Below, piece after piece: positions 25,530 through 32,335 of a stretch of 32,335 nt of DNA. The DNA is from Candidatus Zixiibacteriota bacterium (GTDB taxonomy: Bacteria > RBG-13-66-14 > B26-G2 > WVWN01), in assembly GCA_050117845.1 (NCBI GenBank), contig JASFLY010000029.1, positions 1 to 32,335 of the forward strand. Direction: 5' to 3'. A program made the translations under genes and the position numbers. The number at the start of each line of letters is the position of its first letter. Within the stretch, counting starts at the first letter, position 1. The notes below the pieces were generated by a model. That model did no database searches. It saw only the letters and a program-made list of their open reading frames with translations, and was not told the origin of the DNA.

Positions 25530-26819
25530 TTAGAAACACGCGATTACGAAAGCGTAACCCTTGTCGTAGTACAGGTACTGTCCCCAGTCGCGCCGGTCGA
25601 GGTCGAAGCCGGAGGACATTTTAAAGGCGATTTTTTCGCTGAATTTATACTCGAGCGCGATGGGCATCCGGTTCTCGTACCAGCGCCACCCGTCCGTATA
25701 CTCCCGTACGAAGTCGAACCTTTCCGCGTCGATGCGTTCCCCCATGTATCCGGTTTCGACGTGAAGGCCCCGCCACACCCGCAGTTGCCACATCAAATAA
25801 TAAACCCACTCCGTTTTGACGTAATCGTAACTCTGGTACGGGTCGTACGTGAAATAGAAACGTCGGGTCTGGTGACGCCGGTGGCCGCCGCCGCGGAGGC
25901 GGTGCCGGCCCGGCGGCTGGAAGTACGCCCCGCCGCCGTGGCGCTCGAGCGAAAGCCGGCCGTCGTAGTCCTGCTCGAGCCGAACCGTCCCCACCGGGGG
26001 CGAGACGAGACGCCGGGTCTCCTCCCAACGGTTCGTCTCTCCCTCGTAGAAAAGTTCGACGTGGCCCGGCAGTTCCTTGTGAAGCGAGAATTCGGCGGCT
26101 TTTTCCGCGTAGCGTCGGGCCCGGTCCGGTTCCTGGCCGTAGAAGAAGGTGTGGTACTTCGTGGAGGGGGTGCGGTAAAACCCCTCTCCCGCGACCCGAA
26201 AGCCGGCCGGAAGGGCCCACGAGGCCGCAACCTCGTAGCGCTTCGGCGCCCGGCCGTATATTTCCTCGTATCCCTCGTCGTAATTCGAGTGTCGAAAGGA
26301 ATAGTTGTTGTCGAAATCTATCGCGGTGTATCCGAAATCGACGTATTTGCCCGGCCCGTAGTGGAATTTGCCGGTGGCCCCGATATCCGCGTACCTCTTC
26401 CAGAAGGTCGGCTCGGTCCGGACTCCCACCTTGAACCAGCGCCAGGGTCTCAGTTCCAGCTCGAAGTCGTTGCGTTGGCGCTCTTCCCACAACGGGTGCA
26501 GGCCCTCGTAGCGGTCGTATCGGTAGAGGAAACGGAGCCAGTCGGTGAAGTCGGCCGCGAATTTGACCTCCTGGTCCGCGTAATACTGGCGGACGTTGAG
26601 GCTCCCCATCGATACGCGAAAACCCCGGTCGTGCGTCTCCCAGATGCGTTCCCAGTCGCGGTCGTACGAGAGCTGGACCAGGTCCATGCCGTACTCTTTA
26701 TCGAACTCCTCCTCGATCTCGTACGGCCCGGGGACGTACTGGCCGGCGGCCGGGGCGGCCCCGCAGAGTATTATAATTACCCCGACGATTAGCCTCGCGA
26801 ACTTGGCCGGAATACCCAT
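25530..26819 (-). CDS. Putative outer-membrane beta-barrel protein
   Basis: Signal peptide; very Tyr/Trp/Phe-rich amphipathic strands; terminal Phe (YAFVIACF). Confidence 0.65.
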   Translation of the reverse strand: MGIPAKFARLIVGVIIILCGAAPAAGQYVPGPYEIEEEFDKEYGMDLVQLSYDRDWERIWETHDRGFRVSMGSLNVRQYYADQEVKFAADFTDWLRFLYRYDRYEGLHPLWEERQRNDFELELRPWRWFKVGVRTEPTFWKRYADIGATGKFHYGPGKYVDFGYTAIDFDNNYSFRHSNYDEGYEEIYGRAPKRYEVAASWALPAGFRVAGEGFYRTPSTKYHTFFYGQEPDRARRYAEKAAEFSLHKELPGHVELFYEGETNRWEETRRLVSPPVGTVRLEQDYDGRLSLERHGGGAYFQPPGRHRLRGGGHRRHQTRRFYFTYDPYQSYDYVKTEWVYYLMWQLRVWRGLHVETGYMGERIDAERFDFVREYTDGWRWYENRMPIALEYKFSEKIAFKMSSGFDLDRRDWGQYLYYDKGYAFVIACF

Positions 26820-26893
26820 ATGAAATAATACCCCCTATTTGGGGGAGGATAATAATAACCGAAGCGTCTAGGGCTGTCAACTCCAATCCTCGG

Positions 26894-27664
26894 TCACAGG
26901 CGGCCGGGGAGCACGGCGCCGAAGCCGAGGATTCGCAAGGCCAACGCGGCGGCCACGGCCAAAAGCATCAGCGCCGGCAGGACCCTGTCCCAGGCCGAGG
27001 CGGCGTGGGTGCGGTACGGCGTGGGCCGGCGCGCCGCTCGGTATCCGCGGAGCTCCAGGGCGGTCGCGAACTGGTCGGCCGAACGCAGGCTGTAGAGGAA
27101 GACCGGGACGGCGAGAGGCAACGCCCGTCGGGCCTGCGAGAAGAAGTTGGAACCGAAGTCCAGGCCGCGGGCGCGCTGGGCCTCCAGCGCCCGGACGCTC
27201 GTCTCGAACATCACGGGGAGGAGGCGGAACGCCAACGTCAGCGTTACCGTCAGGCCCGAGGGGAAGCGGAAGGTCCGGAGGGCGTCGCCGAACTCCTCCG
27301 GCGTCGTCACCGCCAGGAATCCCAGCCCCGCGAAGAGCATGCCGACGATGCGGAGGCCCACCGCCAGGCCGTAGAGCACGCCGACGTCTGTCGCCCGGTA
27401 TATCCAGACGTGGGCCCAGGGGGCGCCCTCCCGGATGAACGGCGGCCACAACAGGATGCTGAAGCATAGGAACGCCGCGGCCAACGGCAGGGCCCGGATT
27501 ATGGCCCGGCTCGCGCGGCAGGGGCCGACCGCCGCGGCCGTTACGACCACGACCAGCGGCGCTATAAACGCCGGGTGATTGAAGGTCGTGAAGAGGACCA
27601 GCGTCGCGGCGAGCAGGAGGAGGCGGGTCGCGGGGTGGAGGCGTTTGAACGGGGCTTCGGTCAT
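26894..27664 (-). CDS. ecfT: ECF transporter transmembrane component T (CbiQ/EcfT)
   Basis: LHPATRL, TTPEE..DAL, LAFRLLP, and the two conserved motifs AQRARG and ALELRGY. Confidence 0.88.
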   Translation of the reverse strand: MTEAPFKRLHPATRLLLLAATLVLFTTFNHPAFIAPLVVVVTAAAVGPCRASRAIIRALPLAAAFLCFSILLWPPFIREGAPWAHVWIYRATDVGVLYGLAVGLRIVGMLFAGLGFLAVTTPEEFGDALRTFRFPSGLTVTLTLAFRLLPVMFETSVRALEAQRARGLDFGSNFFSQARRALPLAVPVFLYSLRSADQFATALELRGYRAARRPTPYRTHAASAWDRVLPALMLLAVAAALALRILGFGAVLPGRL

Positions 27665-29319
27665 GCCGCGCCCCCGTTCTCGTCGGCGCCCAACGACCGG
27701 GCCAGTTCCTCGGCCGTGATGACGTCGAGGCCGAAGGCCCGGCCCAGCCGGGCCGCGAGCGGCGCTTCCAGGCCGGCCCGCGATAGCAACTCCTCGTCCC
27801 GCAGAATGGTCCGGGGGGAGCCCTCGGCCAGGAGTCGGCCGCCGGCGACGACGGCCACCCGCCGCGCGTATTCGGCGACGACGTCCATGGCGTGCGTGAT
27901 AAAGATGACGGTGGCGCCGCGGCTGTTGAGCGCCACGACCGCCTCCATCAGCGTCGCGACCTCGCGCCGGTCCAGGCCGGTGGTGGGCTCGTCCATCACC
28001 AGCACCCGCGGCTCCATCGCCAGGACCGACGCCAGCGCGACCCGTTGGCGGTCGCCCTTGGGCATGGCGAACGGGTCCTCGTCCTCCCGGCCCTCTAGGC
28101 CGACGGCGGCCACGGCGGCGCCGACGCGGCGCTCGACCTCGGCCGGGCTCTCCCGCAGTTGCCGCGGCCCGAAGGCCACCTCGTCCCGCACCGTGGCCTG
28201 GAAGATCTGGTGGTCGGGATTCTGGAAGAGGTAGCCGACGGCTTGGGCCCGTTCCCGGGCGGGGAAGTCGGCGGGCGGCCGGCCCCCCAGCGTTACGCTA
28301 CCGCCGGAGGGGCGGAGGAGGCCCGCGACGGCCTTGGCGAAAGTCGTCTTGCCGCCGCCGTTCTCGCCCACGACGCCCAGGAATTCCCCCTCCGCCACCG
28401 CCAGCTCGAGGCCGGCGAGCGCGGCGACGCCGCTCGGGTAAGTGTAGGTCAGACATTCGGCGGCGACGGTCGGCGGGCCGCCCGCGGCGGCAGTGTCCTC
28501 CGGCCGACGGCGTGCGGGGGAAACGGCGACGCCCGGCTTTAATCGGAACTCGGCGCCGCGCCTCTCGACGTACTCCAAAAATGGCAGGTATAGTACCCCC
28601 GCCCGGCCGCACGCTTCCCGGTCGGCCAGGAGTTCCTCCGGGGCCCCCCGGCCCGCGAGTGAGCCGCCGGCGAGGAAGGCTATCTCGTCGAGTTCGAGGG
28701 CCGCGGCCGGGTCGTTGTCCGCCACTACGGCCGCGCGGCCGGCCGCGCCGAGCCGGCCTATGATGCGCCGTAGGGCCGCCTTGCCCGCCGGGTCGAGGTC
28801 GGTCGCGGCCTCGTCGCAGAGGAGGAGGCGGGCGTCGGTCGCCAGCGCGGCGGCCAGTGCCAGCCGCTGTTTCTGGCCGCCGGAGAGCGTTTCCACGCGG
28901 CGGCCTTCGAGGCCTGTCAGGCCGCACTCGGCCAGGGCGCCCTCCACCCGCGGGCCGATGTCCGCGGCGGCCGCGCCCAGGTAACGGGGGCCGAAGGCGA
29001 CCTCGTCCTCGACCGTGGTGGCGACGAGGGCGGCGTCGAAGTCCTCGAAGACGAAACCGACGTCGCCGGCGAGGTCGGCGGGCCGGAGGCCGGCGAGGGA
29101 CCTGCCCAACACCTCGGCCGAACCGGCGAACGCGCCCTTCTTGACCGTGGGGACGACGGCCGCCAGGACGCCGAGGAACGTCGATTTCCCGGCGCCGGAA
29201 TGGCCCAGGAGGCCGAGGGTCCGGCCGGCGTCGAGGGAGAGGTCAATATGGGAGAGGGCCGGCGTGGGCCGGCCGCGGTAGCTAAACGTCAGGGCGGAGA
29301 CGTCGAAGGCGCGCGTCAC
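27661..29319 (-). CDS. ECF transporter fused duplicated ATPase (A-A')
   Basis: Two NBDs: GHSGAGKS/LSGGQKQR/CDEA and GENGGGKT/FQNPDHQ/MPKGDRQR/MDEPT; ATGA overlap with ecfT. Confidence 0.9.
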   Translation of the reverse strand: MTRAFDVSALTFSYRGRPTPALSHIDLSLDAGRTLGLLGHSGAGKSTFLGVLAAVVPTVKKGAFAGSAEVLGRSLAGLRPADLAGDVGFVFEDFDAALVATTVEDEVAFGPRYLGAAAADIGPRVEGALAECGLTGLEGRRVETLSGGQKQRLALAAALATDARLLLCDEAATDLDPAGKAALRRIIGRLGAAGRAAVVADNDPAAALELDEIAFLAGGSLAGRGAPEELLADREACGRAGVLYLPFLEYVERRGAEFRLKPGVAVSPARRRPEDTAAAGGPPTVAAECLTYTYPSGVAALAGLELAVAEGEFLGVVGENGGGKTTFAKAVAGLLRPSGGSVTLGGRPPADFPARERAQAVGYLFQNPDHQIFQATVRDEVAFGPRQLRESPAEVERRVGAAVAAVGLEGREDEDPFAMPKGDRQRVALASVLAMEPRVLVMDEPTTGLDRREVATLMEAVVALNSRGATVIFITHAMDVVAEYARRVAVVAGGRLLAEGSPRTILRDEELLSRAGLEAPLAARLGRAFGLDVITAEELARSLGADENGGAA

Positions 29320-29348
29320 GGGTAGTTGCGAGGCGGGCGGGAGGGGTG

Positions 29349-29810
29349 TTATTTGTCCTTGACCACTTCGACCGGCGCCGCCTCTAAAGCGTCGGCGTAC
29401 TTGGCGATGGCCTGTTCGTAGAGGTCGAGGGCCGCCGTTACCTTCTCCTTATGCGTGAACTCGGCGTCGAAGTATTCGGCCAGCTCGAGCGCGGCCTGGG
29501 CGCCCAACTCGCTCGACGTCATCAGGTCCTTCTGGGCCGTTATGGCGTCGGCGGGCGGCACCTTCTCTTCCAGGAAGTGGAAGGCGTCGGCGAACTCTCG
29601 GGCCCGGTCCTCGCAGTCGGCGGAGTAGTCCCGGCCCGACGAGGCCTTGGCGAAGAGTTCGCCCAGCTTGTCGAGCTGCTTGCCGACCCGCTTGGCCGCG
29701 TCGCCGAAGTCGGAGTAGTACTGCGCGTCCGCGTCGGACATTTCGGCCGCCGCCGGCAGCGCCGCGAAAGCGAGCGTCGCGACGGCGACGATAATCCATT
29801 TTTTACTCAT
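29349..29810 (-). CDS. Hypothetical secreted helical-bundle protein
   Basis: Signal peptide MSKKWIIVAVATLAFAALPAAA; start overlaps the thyX stop by 8 bp. Confidence 0.72.
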   Translation of the reverse strand: MSKKWIIVAVATLAFAALPAAAEMSDADAQYYSDFGDAAKRVGKQLDKLGELFAKASSGRDYSADCEDRAREFADAFHFLEEKVPPADAITAQKDLMTSSELGAQAALELAEYFDAEFTHKEKVTAALDLYEQAIAKYADALEAAPVEVVKDK

Positions 29811-30447
29811 TCTTCTCGCCCCTCTTATCCTCATCTATGGTTATAACGCAATCCGTTTCGTCTATCGAAAAGTCGCCGAAGGTGGCCGGCGCGTGCTCCC
29901 GGAGGATTTTTAGTATAGCGACGGCCAGGCGGCGGATTTCCCACTGGGCGGAGCGGTGGCCGCGGAGTTCCAGGACGTGGCGCCACTCGCGGAAGTTCGC
30001 CGTCATCACTATCTCGGTGGCCGTGGCGTTGGGGAGGACGAAGCGGGCGTCCTCGCGCTTGACGCCGAGGGCGATTAGCTCCTCGTAGGCCGCCCGGGCG
30101 TTCTCGACGGCGTCGTCGTACCGGCGCTTGGCCGCCGGGTCGCCCTCTATCGCCGGCGGCGTGACGTAGGGGAAGCCGCCCTCCTCGACGTAGCGCTGAC
30201 TACGCTGGGAGTAGGACGCGAGGCGGTGGCGGACCAGTTGGTGCGTCAACGCCCGGGAGACGCCGCGGATGCGGAACGCCGCGGAGGCGTGCTCCAGGAC
30301 CGAGAGGTGGCCGCGGGAGATGAGCATCCGGATGAAGCGGCCCGCGGACGCGTCATCGGCGCGGTCGCCGGTGTCGTAGCAGGTCCGGCCGGCGGCCTCG
30401 ATGAGGCGCTCGGCGTCGGGTGTTATGGTTAAGAGTTCGATTTGCAT
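29803..30447 (-). CDS. thyX: FAD-dependent thymidylate synthase
   Basis: GHLSVLEH, ThyX motif RHRLASYSQRSQRY, EDARFVLP, NFREWRH, AQWEIR; start at ATG 30447. Confidence 0.95.
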   Translation of the reverse strand: MQIELLTITPDAERLIEAAGRTCYDTGDRADDASAGRFIRMLISRGHLSVLEHASAAFRIRGVSRALTHQLVRHRLASYSQRSQRYVEEGGFPYVTPPAIEGDPAAKRRYDDAVENARAAYEELIALGVKREDARFVLPNATATEIVMTANFREWRHVLELRGHRSAQWEIRRLAVAILKILREHAPATFGDFSIDETDCVITIDEDKRGEKNE

Positions 30448-30456
30448 ATGCCCTAT

Positions 30457-30485
30457 TTGACGGAAGCGTATAGACCTGCTATGAT
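30457..30485 (+). promoter_or_regulatory. Sigma70-type promoter for the beta-propeller gene
   Basis: TTGACG (30457-30462), 17 bp spacer, TGn-TATGAT (30480-30485). Confidence 0.65.
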
Positions 30486-30587
30486 TTAAACGAGTGTAAG
30501 AACAAATAGCGACAATATAGTTTAGCACTTTATCATGCCCGAGGCAACGTTTGCGTTGAGGATATCGGTTATTCGGAGGCGAAGGTT

Positions 30588-32335
30588 ATGAACGATAAAA
30601 ACCGTAAAACCAAGTTATTGGGTGCGGCCGCGCTATTGGCCGCGGGTTTAGCTACGATGGCCCATGGAGATTGGGAATTTTCCGGGGGTCCTTATAATGC
30701 ATTAGTATACGATTTACTATGGAATCCGGGCGATACCGATACAGTATACGCCGCCACTCCTACGGGCGTTTTTACGACGACGGACGGCGGTTTGCACTGG
30801 GTACGTACTTCCGAGGGGATGGACGACACGGCGATCATGTGCCTCGGTTTAGCGGGAAATTATCCAAACGTAATTTACGCCGGATCTAGCGAAATGAGGA
30901 ATTGGTACGACGAGGGCGAAGGCGGGAGCGACGGCAGCCCTTACTACGGTATATATAAATCGACCGACGGCGGCGCGAATTGGACGCGGTTGCTGCGTTT
31001 CCAGCAAGGCCTGGTTGAATCGTTGGCCGTAAACCCGAATAACCCGGATATCCTTTTAGCTTGTATAAAACATATCAATCACGGGATATGGAGGTCGGTT
31101 GACGGGGGCGGGTGGTGGGACCAAACCCTGGACGATTCCGATCCTGAGGCCGTTGCGTTCGCGCCGTCCAACCCGTTGATCGCGTTCGCTGCCGCCGATG
31201 GCGTCGTTTATAAATCATCCGACGGGGGCGTAACTTGGACGGAAGTCCTCGATGGGTCTTACGGAATGAGGTCGATGGCCATCCACCCTACTAATCCCGA
31301 TATAGTTTTAGTCGGCCGTCGTTCAACGAGTCAAGGAATGGTGTGGCGTACGGAGGACGGCGGCGCAAACTGGACGGAAGTATTGGCTGAAGTAGGCGTT
31401 AATGAGTTAGTTTTCGATCCTTCGGACGGAGCGGTATGTTACATCGCCAGCAACGGTGGATCAAGTGGTATAAAGGGAGGAGTATACCGCTCTACGAACG
31501 CCGGGGTTTCTTGGGAAAAACTGGTATACCCGGCAGGAAAATACGCCAACGACAATAAAGACGCCGACGACACGACCGCGTTGGCGGTAAACCCGTTCGA
31601 CGGCCGCGAGCTATTAGCGGGTAACCATTATTACGGTGTAATCGGTACGGCGGATCAAGGAAGTACGTGGGCTTATCGACGTAGGGGTCTATCCTCTTTA
31701 CCCGAAACCGGCGAGGACGAGTGCGGTGTGTTCGCCGTTGCCGCCGACCCGTCCGATCCCCAGACGCGCTACGTGGGCGCATACGGCGTTTGGCGATGGC
31801 GAGAAGGAGCGGGGTGGGAACCGCTTGACGGCGGTTTATCCGACGCCGAAGGTTGGGTTCAAGCTATAGCGATATGCCCTTCGAATCCGGATATAATGTG
31901 TATCGCTACCGGTTACAGCGGCGTTTGGCGGTCGGACGATGGGGGCGGTAATTGGATTAACGTGATTGCCGGACAGGACGATTTCCGGGATATCGCGTTC
32001 TCCTCGTCTTCCGACAACGTCGTTTACGCAGTGGGTAAGAAGTGGGGCACCGGTTGGGAAGCGTGGAAGTCGATAGACCGGGGGGCGACCTGGCAAAAAG
32101 TGAAAGATAACGGCTCCGATGGTTTATATTCGGTTGCGGTGGACCCGACTGACCCTAACCGTGTTTTCGTCGGCGGTGAGATGTACTCATCTATAGAGGA
32201 AAAGAATTTCACGGCAATATGGCGTTCCGCTGACGGCGGGTCGGTCTGGGACGAAGTCTACAGGTCGTCCGAGGGGGGTATTTTGGAGGAACCGGTTTAC
32301 GATATTGCTATCCATCCGTATAACGCGGCGGTTAT
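30588..32335 (+). CDS. Secreted BNR/Asp-box repeat beta-propeller protein (VPS10/sialidase-like fold), partial, runs off the window
   Basis: Not in the ORF track. Manual translation from ATG 30588 (GGAGG RBS) is open to the end: MNDKNRKTKLLGAAALLAAGLATMAHG signal, then about 10 Asp boxes (TTDGGLHW, STDGGANW, SVDGGGWW, SSDGGVTW, TEDGGANW, STNAGVSW, TADQGSTW, SDDGGGNW, SIDRGATW, SADGGSVW). Confidence 0.88.
   Translation, partial: MNDKNRKTKLLGAAALLAAGLATMAHGDWEFSGGPYNALVYDLLWNPGDTDTVYAATPTGVFTTTDGGLHWVRTSEGMDDTAIMCLGLAGNYPNVIYAGSSEMRNWYDEGEGGSDGSPYYGIYKSTDGGANWTRLLRFQQGLVESLAVNPNNPDILLACIKHINHGIWRSVDGGGWWDQTLDDSDPEAVAFAPSNPLIAFAAADGVVYKSSDGGVTWTEVLDGSYGMRSMAIHPTNPDIVLVGRRSTSQGMVWRTEDGGANWTEVLAEVGVNELVFDPSDGAVCYIASNGGSSGIKGGVYRSTNAGVSWEKLVYPAGKYANDNKDADDTTALAVNPFDGRELLAGNHYYGVIGTADQGSTWAYRRRGLSSLPETGEDECGVFAVAADPSDPQTRYVGAYGVWRWREGAGWEPLDGGLSDAEGWVQAIAICPSNPDIMCIATGYSGVWRSDDGGGNWINVIAGQDDFRDIAFSSSSDNVVYAVGKKWGTGWEAWKSIDRGATWQKVKDNGSDGLYSVAVDPTDPNRVFVGGEMYSSIEEKNFTAIWRSADGGSVWDEVYRSSEGGILEEPVYDIAIHPYNAAV

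Noticed and set aside
30448..30528. N-terminal extension of ThyX in the ORF track
   Set aside because: It overlaps the divergent promoter and is AT-rich and non-coding-like; ThyX-like sequence begins at MQIELL (30447).
31492..32212. Three short minus-strand ORFs at the right end
   Set aside because: They are antisense to the uninterrupted plus-strand Asp-box protein.

Overview
A GC-rich bacterial chromosomal window, most likely from a diderm organism. Beta-barrel proteins and an FlgD-Ig/T9SS-type C-terminal domain suggest an FCB-like candidate lineage (inference only). It is densely coding, with about 31 genes. Housekeeping and metabolic genes: saccharopine dehydrogenase-like, asnA, aroB-like, nnr, rlmB, thyX, ECF ATPase plus T component, macrodomain, GT2, DsrE/TusA and a radical SAM/SPASM enzyme. 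Envelope and secreted proteins: TPR proteins, beta-barrels, an FG-GAP protein, and an Asp-box beta-propeller that runs off the right end and is missing from the ORF track. I see no rRNA, tRNA, CRISPR array or intact transposase. The most unusual items are: (1) a tandemly duplicated cluster of REP-like hairpins directly behind a stand-alone IS1634-N-terminal-like mini-protein; (2) a three-gene operon built around a class III nucleotide cyclase-TPR protein with non-canonical base-specificity residues; (3) several proteins with altered signature motifs (K+-channel filter, AroB, AKR, ECF ATPase); and (4) apparent leaderless transcripts, including a possible AUG-UAA start-stop element. All family calls come from motif recognition by eye; no database search was run.
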